Shown here: one piece after another, positions 22,401 through 32,757 of the stretch
How positions within the stretch are numbered: position 1 is the first letter of the stretch
Layout: each line of letters begins with the position of its first letter
Assembly: GCA_002269645.1 (NCBI GenBank)
Contig: NIVC01004803.1
Span: forward strand, 1 to 34,755
Length of the DNA stretch: 34,755 nucleotides
Direction of reading: 5' to 3'
Source: Macrostomum lignano
Lineage: Eukaryota
Position numbers and translations under genes: made by a program
The notes under the pieces: generated by a model
The model's database searches: none
Seen by the model: only the letters and a program-made list of their open reading frames with translations
What the model was told of the DNA's origin: nothing

Positions 22401-23343
22401 CAAAATTGTTTAGCACCTTTTTTTATAAAGTAGGTGCATAGAAGAGAAGGGTTGCAAAGAATAAAGAAAAGGAAAGACATTTAGCTTAACTAATCAGCTA
22501 GCAAAACTAAGCATACGCCTACTAGATAAGGGAGATACAAAGCCTTATTATAAGGCTTATTGTTGTTAGCCAAAACTAGCTAAAGCATACAAATATAGTA
22601 TCAATATTCTAGTACATTTATGGTCGCTGCACCCAAATGCCGCCTCTCTTATCTCTTCCTAATATATAAGTGTCCTAGCTTCATAATATTGTTACAAGCC
22701 CCGCTATCATTAATGTGGTCCTCGTATATAGAAAGAAACTTAGGCCTAAACCTAGAATATTGACTTGTTAGTAAGCCAATAAAGTGTATATTTATAATTC
22801 CCTTTTTATTTATATAGTCGAAAAAAAATGTTCTAGACACTGCATATATGCACCAATCTTCAGTGTTGGCCAAAGTTCTGGCATATCTGGCACTTTTAGT
22901 ACCAGAAGTTACTTTTTTAAAGTGGCAAATTTTTCTAGTTCTTTTTTTAGAATGCTAAGCTTGGGTAATAGAAGTTAATTTTTGATAAGTCCAGTCCTCC
23001 AGTACTTGATAACTAAATTATAATAAATTATGATAAATTATGATTAACTTATAACTAAATTGAGATATAGAATTTATTTTTTGATTTTGTTACTTTTGAA
23101 GATTTATGATGATTTCTTTGAAATTGTGTTCAAGTAGTTTGTATAATGGTTTTACCCACCAAGTAACAATAAACAAAATACTATTGAAAGATGTTTCAAA
23201 TTTCAAGATACATGATTTGCTTATTAAAGACCTACATATATGTTGAATTATGATTAAGTAAAATTGGATAATATTTATTTATATATGTTGCTGCCAATTA
23301 ACACATTGATTTGACTGTAAATCTAATTCAAGTACAGTCAGAC

Positions 23344-23507
23344 ATGTCAATCAACTTGCGCCAGCTGGTCTCAAGAAAAAAGAAGCGCTTTGAGGATGGC
23401 GAGTTTAATTTGGATTTATCATACATAACGCCTCAGATTATCGCTATGGGCTTCCCGGCTGAGACACTCGAACGAATTTATCGAAATGACATCAGCGAGG
23501 TGTCCAG
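23344..23507 (+). CDS. PTEN: PTEN coding exon 1 (MSINLRQLVSRKKKRFEDGEFNLDLSYITPQIIAMGFPAETLERIYRNDISEVSR)
   Basis: Aligns without gaps to human PTEN 1-55 (DLDLTYIYPNIIAMGFPAE...YRN). 164 nt, then GTGAGT donor at the same codon-55 phase-2 position as human intron 2. Confidence 0.93.
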
Positions 23508-23554
23508 GTGAGTAATGCAACAGGTGCTAAGGGGCAGGAGACCGCGGAACTGTC

Positions 23555-24896
23555 AGAGAGCGGGAATGTTGGTAAAGAGAGGGCGGGAATGCTGGTGAAG
23601 AGAGGGCGGGAATGTTGGTGAAGAGAGGGCGGGAATGTTGGTGAAGAGAGGGCGGGAATGTTGGTAAAGAGAGGGCGGGAATGTTGGTAAAGAGAGGGCG
23701 GGAATGCTGGTGAAGAGAGGGCGGGAATGTTGGTGAAGAGAGGGCGGGAATGTTCGTGAAGAGAGGGCGGGAATGTTGGTGAATAGAGGGCGGGAATGTT
23801 GATGAAGAGAGGGCGGGAATGTTGGTGAAGAGAGGGCGGAAATGTTGATGTAGAGAGGGAGGGAATGTTGGTGAAGAGAGGGCGGGAATGTTGGTGAAGA
23901 GAGGGCGGGAATGTTGATGAAGAGGGCGGGAATGTTGGTGAAGAGAGGGCGGGAATGTTGGTGAAGAGAGGGCGGGAATGTTGGTGAAGAGAGGGCGGGA
24001 ATGTTGGTGAAGAGAGGGCGGGAATGTTGGTGAAGAGAGGGCGGGAATGTTGGTGAAGAGAGGGCGGGAATGTTGGTAAAGAGAGGGCGGGAATGTTGGT
24101 AAAGAGAGGGCGGGAATGTTGGTGAAGAGAGGCGGGAATGTTGATGAAGAGAGGGCGGGTTGTGGTAAAGAGAGGGCGGGAATGTTGGTGAAGAGAGGGC
24201 GGGAATGTTGGTGAATAGAGGGCGGGAATGTTGATGAAGAGAGGGCGGGAATGTTGGTGAAGAGAGGGCGGAAATGTTGATGTAGAGAGGGAGGGAATGT
24301 TGGTGAAGAGAGGGCGGGAATGTTGGTGAAGAGAGGGCGGGAATGTTGATGAAGAGGGCGGGAATGTTGGTGAAGAGAGGGCGGGAATGTTGGTGAAGAG
24401 AGGGCGGGAATGTTGGTGAAGAGAGGGCGGGAATGTTGGTGAAGAGAGGGCGGGAATGTTGGTGAAGAGAGGGCGGAAATGTTGATGTAGAGAGGGAGGG
24501 AATGTTGGTGAAGAGAGGGCGGGAATGTTGGTGAAGAGAGGGCGGGAATGTTGATGAAGAGGGCGGGAATGTTGGTGAAGAGAGGGCGGGAATGTTGGTG
24601 AAGAGAGGGCGGGAATGTTGGTGAAGAGAGGGCGGGAATGTTGGTGAAGAGAGGGCGGGAATGTTGGTGAAGAGAGGGCGGGAATGTTGGTGAAGAGAGG
24701 GCGGGAATGTTGGTGAAGAGAGGGCGGGAATGTTGGTAAAGAGAGGGCGGGAATGTTGGTAAAGAGAGGGCGGGAATGTTGGTAAGAGAGGGCGGGAATG
24801 TTGGTGAAGAGAGGGCGGGAATGTTGGTGAAGAGAGGGCGGGAATAATGTTGATGAAGAGAGGGCGGTAATGTTCATGAAGAGAAGAAGGGAATGT
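23555..24896. repeat. Minisatellite, 23-bp unit (gggcgggaatgttggtgaagaga), ~58 copies, in PTEN intron 1
   Basis: Period 23 (gggcggg at 23581 and 23604). Confidence 0.97.
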
Positions 24897-25539
24897 CAAA
24901 AGCAATCCTCTTCTTTTTAGGGTATCATTAGTTTCCCGAAAAAAACTTTGTGCTTTTTTAGGGCACTGACAAGATTTCCTAATGTAACTCTGTGCGTCCT
25001 CGTGTCTGTCTTGCTCTTTAATTTTCCCACAAGTTGGGGGTAGTTAGTGCTGAGGTATACAGTTTTTTAATCGAGCAGCTCAAGAGGAACCCTCCCCATT
25101 CTTGAGACAATTATCCTTGGCCTGAGTAGTAATGCTAGGTCTTCAGTTTATGGCTGGATCGAAGCGACAGTGGGGCGATATATATATACAGTACTGAAAT
25201 GCCGCTTAACTAAGGGTTTAAAGTATGCACTCTCTCACCCTCTATTAGTTGGTGTAGATGGAAATTACACTGGTTGGCAACTACCTGTCTCTCTAACCTG
25301 GCTTTGCTTAATTATTATTGAAAAGTGCAATGAGATGTAGCTAGAGCTAGTATTAGTCCAGATTGTATGCACAATGAAGGCAGAGAATTTATTCATCATT
25401 TTTGCACTTTCTCCCAGTATTTTTTACATCGTGTAGTTAGTTTGTATGCTCAATTCTAGACTCTAGATACTACCCTTGTATTCGAATGCGCTTGTCTTGT
25501 CTTCCAAAAAGCAACGTTTTTGAAGTTAATGAAAAACGG

Positions 25540-27426
25540 CTGAAAATGGTCTCCAAAAGTGACTGAAACTGGTCTCCAAAAGTGACTGAAAATGGTTCCA
25601 AAAGTGACTGAAAATGGTTTCCAAAAGGGACTGAAAATAGTCTCCAAAAGGGACTGAAAATGGTCTCCAAAAGGGACTGAAAATGGTCTCCAAAACGGAC
25701 TGAAAATGGTCTCCAAAACGGACTGAAAATGGTTTCCAAAAGTGACTGAAAATGGTCTCCAAAAGTGACTGAAAATGGTTTCCAAAAGTGACTGAAAATG
25801 GTCTCCAAAAGTGACTGAAAATGGTCTCGAAAAGTGACTGAAAATGGTCTCCAAAAGTGACTGAAAATGATCTCCAAAAGTGACTGAAAATGGTCTCCAA
25901 AAGTGACTGAAAATGGTTTCCAAAAGGGACTGAAAATGGTCTCGAAAAGTGACTGAAAATGGTCTCCAAAAGTGACTGAAAATGGTCTCCAAAAGTGACT
26001 GAAAATGATCTCGAAAAGTGACTGAAAATGGTCTCCAAAAGTGACTGAAAATGGTCTCGAAAAGTGACTGAAAATGGTCTCCAAAAGTGACTGAAAATGA
26101 TCTCCAAAAGTGACTGAAAATGGTCTCCAAAAGGGACTGAAAATGGTCTCGAAAAGTAACTGAAAATGATCTCCAAAAGTGACTGAAAATGGTCTCGAAA
26201 AGTGACTGAAAATGGTCTCGAAAAGTGACTGAAAATGGTCTCCAAAAGTGACAGAAAATGGTCTCCAAAAGGGACTGAAAATGGTCTCCAAAAGTGACTG
26301 AAAATAGTCTCCAAAAGTGACTGAAAATAGTCTCCAAAAGTGACTTAAAATAGTCTCCAAAAGTGACTTAAAATAGTCTCCAAAAGTGACAGAAAATAGT
26401 CTCCAAAAGTGACTGTACATGGTTTCCAAAAGTGACTGAAAATAGTCTCCAAAAGTGACAGAAAATAGTCTCCAAAAGTGACTGTACATGGTTTCCAAAA
26501 GTGACTGAAAATAGTCTCCAAAAGTGACAGAAAATAGTCTCCAAAAGTGACTGTACATGGTTTCCAAAAGTGACTGAAAATAGTCTCCAAAAGTGACAGA
26601 AAATAGTCTCCAAAAGTGACAGAAAATAGTCTCCAAAAGTGACTGTACATGGTTTCCAAAAGTGACTGAAAATAGTCTTCAAAAGTGACAGAAAATAGTC
26701 TCCAAAAGTGACTGTACATGGTTTCCAAAAGTGACTGAAAATAGTCTCCAAAAGTGACAGAAAATAGTCTCCAAAAGGGACTACATGGTTTCCAAAAGTG
26801 ACTGAAAATAGTCTCCAAAAGTGACAGAAAATAGTCTCCAAAAGTGACTGAAAATAGTCTCCAAAAGTGACTGAAAATAGTCTCCAAAAGTGACAGAAAA
26901 TAGTCTCCAAAAGTGACTGTACATGGTTTCCAAAAGTGACTGAAAATAGTCTCCAAAAGTGACTGAAAATAGTTTCCATAAGTGACAGAAAATAGTTTCC
27001 ATAAGTGACAGAAAATAGTTTCCATAAGTGACAGAAAATAGTCTCCAAAAGTGACTGTACATGGTTTCCAAAAGTGACTGAAAATAGTCTCCAAAAGTGA
27101 CTGAAAATAGTCTCCAAAAGTGACTGAAAATAGTTTCCATAAGTGACAGAAAATAGTTTCCATAAGTGACAGAAAATAGTCTCCTAAAGTGACTGAAAAT
27201 AGTCTCCAAAAGTGACTGAAAATAGTCTCCAAAAGTGACTGAAAATAGTCTCCAAAAGTGACTGAAAATAGTTTCCATAAGTGACAGAAAATAGTTTCCA
27301 TAAGTGACAGAAAATAGTCTCCAAAAGTGACTGTACATGGTTTCCAAAAGTGACTGAAAATAGTCTTCAAAAGTGACTGAGAAGTGACTGGAAATGGTCT
27401 CCTAAAGTGACTGGAAATGACTGAAA
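25540..27426. repeat. Minisatellite, 23-bp unit (ccaaaagtgactgaaaatg/agtct), ~82 copies, in PTEN intron 1
   Basis: Direct reading; source of the minus-strand METIFSHFWR ORFs. Confidence 0.97.
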
Positions 27427-28150
27427 AGTTGCTAATCAATCTTGACTGCTGGTGTTTTTGGAATAATCCAGTGCTGGTATTAAAAGTTCAAAAACAGTAG
27501 TTTAATATTGTTTCATATGCTATATCAGTAAGTAATGTTTAATCTTTGAATGTGTTTCTGCACAGCACTGTGTTTTATCAATATAGTAAGTACTTCTACA
27601 CTGCTACAGGTCACCCCTACAGTATTGTGGAGCATAACTTCTAGTGGCCCAAGTACCCAAAGTCGTTGCTTTTATAAGAGTTCTCACGCTTTGTGTATCT
27701 TTCAACAGTTTTAGCCATTAATACAGCTGTGTAATTAACTGTGTGCGTTTTACTTCTTCGCACTTAATAAATTGGCTATGTCGACTGAGCTTGATCGAAT
27801 CAGATCTGGCAATTTGGCAAGCCTTTAATAAACCAGAATGCGCAGAACCAGAAGCCAATGCACTACTTATTTTAAATTTATTTTATGCGACCGTGTGCGG
27901 ACCTCTGCTGTGGTTGCAAGGAAAACTAGCCCTTGCACCCAGTACACTGTGGCTGAGGGTTTGTGTGCTCTGCCCCTCTGCTTCTGGCCTCTCTGTTCAG
28001 CTGCTATCTTCTTTCACTTATCTCAAATCTATTCTTATTGTTCTTCTACTCTCATGTTCCTCCTCTCATTTCTCTCTCCCTTTCCTTTCCTTCTCCCGTC
28101 CTCTCATTTCCTTCTCCCCTCTTCTCCCATTTCCCTCTCCCTTTTCTTAA

Positions 28151-29636
28151 CAGTAGAACTACCAAGAGGGGGGGAAAATTTTTCCCCCCCTGACAATTTT
28201 TTTTGCTGCGCCGGAACGGAGCAACGCAGACACACAAAATTCAAGAACACGGGCTAAATTTTTGTTGCGCACCTTCTCAAACAAGAATAAAGTCGCCAGC
28301 CCTTCGGACCGTCGAGATATTCGACGATTCTGCCAGAAGGTCGGATTTTTCCCATAAGCGCTAGTGTATTCAGTATACCCCTGTGCGCCAAATAGCACTG
28401 CGCCTCAGTGCAGCCTTGCCAAGTCTCCAAATTTCATCAGCACGCCGACCAAATGTGTCTGCATCAGCTCTGACTTCGTTGGTTACTGGCCTTCACCGAG
28501 ACGGAGCTTCTAGACCTTCAACGGGTGGCGCCGGGTGACTGTGAGCACCTTGATGCGAATTTCTAGTTCGCCGATCAAGCCTCGACAGTAGGCAAGCCTC
28601 AACTGCCAGACACCCTCAGCTAGTCTCCTGAGCATTCCTTCATCATCCCGACACCGTCGGCACCTTCAACAGGTGGCATCAGGTGACTATGGACGTCCTG
28701 TTGCAAATATGTCAGGTCTTTCTTATCAAGCTTCAATAATGGGCAAACCTCAACCGACGGACATTGTCAGCTAGTCTCTCAAGCATTCCGTCATCATCCC
28801 GACGCCGTCGGCTCCTTCAACAGATGACACCAAGTGACTATGGACACCCTGATGCGGATTTCTCTAGTTTCGCCGATCAAGCCTCGACAGTGGGCAAAAA
28901 TCAACTGCTGGACATTCTCAGCTAGTCTCTCAAGCCTTCCGTCATCATCCCGACGCCGTCGGCTCCTTCAACAGATTACACCAGGTGACTATGGACAGCC
29001 TGTTGCAAATATGTCAGGTTTTTCTTATCAAGCTTCAATAATGAGCAAACCTCAACTGCTGGACATCCTCAGCTAGTTAGTCGAGCATTCAGCCATCACC
29101 CCGACGCCGTCGGCACCTTCAACAGATGGCACCAGGGGAGTAAGGACACCTGAGCGTGATTTTTCATCATGCTCTTAACATTTCTGAAGCTCTCAAAATT
29201 CGCATCAAGGTGTTCGTGGTCGCCTGGTGCCACCTGTTGAAGGTCTAGAAGCTCCGTCTCGGTGAAGGCCAGTAACCAACGAAGTCAGAGCTGATGCAGA
29301 CAAATTTGGTCGGCGTGCTGATGAAATTTGGAGACTTGGCAAGGCTGCACTGAGGCGCAGTGCTATTTGGCGCACAGGGGTATACTGGATACACTAGCGC
29401 TTATGGGAAAAATCTGACCTTCTGGCAGAATCGTCGAATATCTCGACGGTCCGAAGGGCTGGCGACTTGATTCTTGTTTGAGAAGGTGCGCAACAAAAAG
29501 TTAGCCCGTGTTCTTGAATTTCGTGTGTCTGCGTTGCTCCGTTCCGGCGCAGCAAAAAAATTGTCAGGGGGGGGGGAAATTTCCCCCCCCCTCTTGGTAG
29601 TTCGACGGGCGGAAAAATGGCTTGGTATTCCTACTG
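28151..29636. mobile_element. 1486-bp non-autonomous foldback DNA transposon: CAGTAG...CTACTG termini, TTAA target duplication, long inverted arms
   Basis: Arms 28151-28562 and 29196-29636 are reverse complements with only scattered mismatches. TTAA at 28147-28150 and 29637-29640. Excision rejoins a continuous pyrimidine tract. No transposase ORF. Confidence 0.88.
28515..29152. repeat. 151-bp tandem repeat with alternating A/B monomers (302-bp higher-order unit) forming the core of the foldback element
   Basis: cagctagt at 28617, 28768, 28919 and 29070 (period 151). Monomers alternate ...gatgcgaatttctagttcgccgatcaagcctcgacagt (A) and ...gttgcaaatatgtcaggt..ttcttatcaagcttcaataat (B). Confidence 0.88.
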
Positions 29637-30195
29637 TTAATTCCCCCTCCCCCTCTCGTTTCCCTCTCCCCTCTCGTTTCCCTCTCCCCTCTCGTTTTCC
29701 TCTCCTCTCTTGTTTCGATCTCATCTCTACCTCTCTCCTCGTTTTTCCTCTCTTATCTTTCCTTTCCGATGTTTTCGTGTTATCGACCGTCTGTCTCTTA
29801 TTGTTTCTCACATCCATTCCCATCTCTACCCGAATTTCATCCCCTATTTCCCATATTCTCCCGCCTCTGTGTTGACAGGAAACTGCAGTCTGCAGCAAAA
29901 GCGGATTAACAGTATAAGCCAAACCAACTAAGCCGCTTTGATACCTATTCAACTCTTTATCTATAGATTTCGCAGTGCTGATGAATTGCTAATTCCATAA
30001 TCCGATAGCTCATTCACGATTTGAAATTGGCAGCGCATCACTACAAAGCATATTCTCCTCTGTAGCCCCTTTTGATGCTTTGTTTTTTTGCTCATTAATA
30101 CTGTAAACATATCATCAGCTATATTATTATATCAAGTCCTTTTATTCTGTTATTCTGCTTTTCTTATATTTGATAAAATGAATAACAAATTACAG

Positions 30196-30240
30196 ATTCC
30201 TGGAAACGTATCACGCGGATCGCTATCGGGTCTATAACCT
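30196..30240 (+). CDS. PTEN: PTEN coding exon 2, 45 nt ((R)FLETYHADRYRVYN(L))
   Basis: tacag|attcctggaa...tataacct|gtgagt. Same length, phases and position as human exon 3 (FLDSKHKNHYKIYNL). Too short for the ORF track. Confidence 0.92.
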
Positions 30241-30482
30241 GTGAGTGTATGGATTGATAGGACATCGTGCGCTTTTGTTTCTTCTGCCGGCTCTGCCTTT
30301 GATGCGCCGCTTCGTAGATTTTTTTGCTGAATAATTATTAAAAAGCTCTTCGTCTGCTTTAACACCTGCGTTTGTCTCTCAGCTTTTTGCTCATTCATTC
30401 TTCATTTTTAGGGTGCTTTCTTTTGTCTCACAAGACCGCCTCTGCCTCTATCTCAGTCTATTCCCAACCCAGCTATTATCTC

Positions 30483-30606
<124 letters not shown>

Positions 30607-30695
30607 TAATATCTATGCTATCCAGTTCTTTTATCTCATAAGTCATAATATTAAGGCAATCATCAACACTAACGTTTTCCTTAAAAAACTTTCAG

Positions 30696-30870
30696 TTGCG
30701 CAGAGAGGTCTTACAACCACGCAAAATTCAAGGATCGCGTTGAGCAGTTCGCCATGCAGGACCACAACCCGCCTCTGATACACACGATCCCGTACTTCTG
30801 CACATCCGTGTACAAATGGCTGCAGACTGGTACAGACTATGTGGCTGCAATACACTGCAAGGCCGGAAAG
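30696..30870 (+). CDS. PTEN: PTEN coding exon 3 (CAERSYNHAKFKDRVEQFAMQDHNPPLIHTIPYFCTSVYKWLQTGTDYVAAIHCKAGK)
   Basis: ctttcag| acceptor; contains the WPD-loop equivalent DHNPP and the catalytic HCKAGK; 175 nt keeps the frame; GT donor at 30871. Confidence 0.93.
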
Positions 30871-31029
30871 GTTTTTACCACTTACTGTACTTACTAAACT
30901 CTATAATGCATATATGGAGCAAAGCTTAGTAGTAACCGAGGGTTTCCTAGAGAGCAATTCAATGCCAGTTGTACAACATGAACAAATCTAGTTTTTACAT
31001 ATTAACTATCATTTACCAATTGTTGTCAG

Positions 31030-31164
31030 GGCCGCACGGGAGTCATGATCGCCTGCTACCTGCTGTACGAGAGCTTCAAAGGCATTCACGACAATCCACC
31101 CACCTACCTCAGTGCCGATGCTGTCTTAGATTTGTACGACAGACAGAGAACGCATAATGGAAAG
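31030..31164 (+). CDS. PTEN: PTEN coding exon 4 (GRTGVMIACYLLYESFKGIHDNPPTYLSADAVLDLYDRQRTHNGK)
   Basis: ttgtcag| acceptor; completes the P-loop HCKAGKGR; ends at the human K164 intron position with a GTGCTT donor. Confidence 0.9.
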
Positions 31165-31317
31165 GTGCTTTAAGTATTTCATTAATTCGTTTGATTATTT
31201 TTAATTTACTTATTTGTGGCACTTTCTATCTCTATATGCTGCTTTGTAGGAAGGTAGCTAGCTTTTACTTCCTGTTTCCACTTCATACAGCTCATCAAGT
31301 TTTAATTTCAAAGTGTT

Positions 31318-31442
31318 TCGAGCTCGTGGAGTCTAAGCTCATGGAGAGTGTCAAGCTCATGAATTGTCGAGCTCGTGGAGTGTCGAGCTCGTGGAGTGTC
31401 GCGCTCATGGAGTGTCGAGCTCATGGAGTGTCGAGCTCATGA
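31318..31442. repeat. Minisatellite, 16-bp unit (cgagctcatggagtgt), ~7 copies, in PTEN intron 4
   Basis: Direct reading. Confidence 0.88.
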
Positions 31443-32109
31443 AGCTTCAAGCAGAAAATCAGAAACTCAAGCTCATCTACTAGCGTACCTTCGCGATCGT
31501 TTGAAGTTTTTAGTGCATATTTAGCATATACGAAGTTTAAGATCATTTTCCACCCGGAAACTTTACCGGTAGGGTCCCTGATGACTCGGTGGGCCGGTCT
31601 GAACAGGCGGAAATATCGGCACTGACAAATTGAATGCAAAGAGAAAAAGTTCACCTTCTTTTTCCTTAATAATTTCCCCCATCATCTTCAGCTAGGCTAC
31701 TTGCCTATTAGTATTAGCATTGGGCTTGCGTGTGCCGCAATACGCAAAGAGAGGCAGGCAGCTGACCCTGGCCTGGATCCCGCCATCTGCTAGCTCGGAC
31801 CATCCAGCCGCGTTCAGAGAGGGTCGCGCAGTTGCCAAATTCTATTATGTTATAAAGTGCTGGCCTGGCGAACAGGAGGAAGGAGGCGCTTCTATTTGAT
31901 TTATGCCTTGCCTGTCTGTTCTGTGCGTGCACTTTGATTATATAGTAGTTTGTTCGAATGCACTTTCTGGTTTGCGAACTGTCTGTAACTGTCAGTGCCT
32001 GTCTGCTTTGCGTCAATCAGTGTTAAAAATGTTGCTATTTTTGGAAAGTATTTTAACTAGATTGCCTTGGCTAGTGGCCTAAAATTTGATATCTTGAAAT
32101 TTCACCTAT

Positions 32110-32597
32110 CTCAAAAATCCCGATTGCCTCAGTCAGTCTCGGAATATCATCAATGACTTGATTTTCCATATCAAAGCCTTTTCGGACTTTGAATTTCTTA
32201 TTTCACAAAATCTTAAAATTTCTTTTATTTTGCGATTTCCCGATCTCAGGATTTCTCCAGTCACATGATTTCCCTGATCTCGGGATTCACTAACTCGGGA
32301 ATGATCTGATCTCTAGATTATTCCCCAATTCAGAGATTCCCTGATCTCGGAATTCCCAATTCAGGCATTCCCTGATCTCGGAATTCCCCAATTTAGGGAT
32401 TTAATGATCTCGGGATTCCCCAATGCAGGATCCCCTATTTAGAAATCCCCGACATAGGGATTTCCCGATCTCGGAATTCCCCAATTCAGGGGTTCCCTGA
32501 TTTCGGTATTTCCTAATTCAGGGATTCACTGATCTCGGGATTCCCCAATGCAGGATCCTTTATTTTAGGATTCCCTGATATAGGGATTTCCCCGAGC
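32110..32597. repeat. Degenerate ~31-bp array (ttccctgatctcggaattccccaattcaggga) in PTEN intron 4
   Basis: Recurrent gatctcgg(g/a)attcccc motifs with increasing regularity toward 32340-32590. Confidence 0.8.
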
Positions 32598-32757
32598 TGG
32601 GGCGGATTAAATTTTAGTATTTCCCCTCATAATTTTCAAAAAATGTAATTCTACTACTACATACTAGTACTACATTCTACTACATGTGCTATTTTGCCTT
32701 CCCTTTTTTCCCTGTCCCTGCTCTTCAGTAATTCACTGCACTCCCACCCGTTGCCAG

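Noticed and set aside
23492-27439. 450-460-aa and 190-390-aa minus-strand ORFs (PPSLHQHSRPLFTNI..., METIFSHFWRLF...)
   Set aside because: Translations of 23-bp intronic minisatellites. A unit length not divisible by 3 cycles through stop-free frames; they lie antisense within PTEN intron 1.
31570-31630. CTGATGA...GAAA (hammerhead-like core) and TGATGA...CTGA (C/D snoRNA-like boxes) in PTEN intron 4
   Set aside because: Stems II and III of a hammerhead cannot be formed. The C-to-D distance is short, there is no terminal stem, and I recognise no rRNA-complementary guide.
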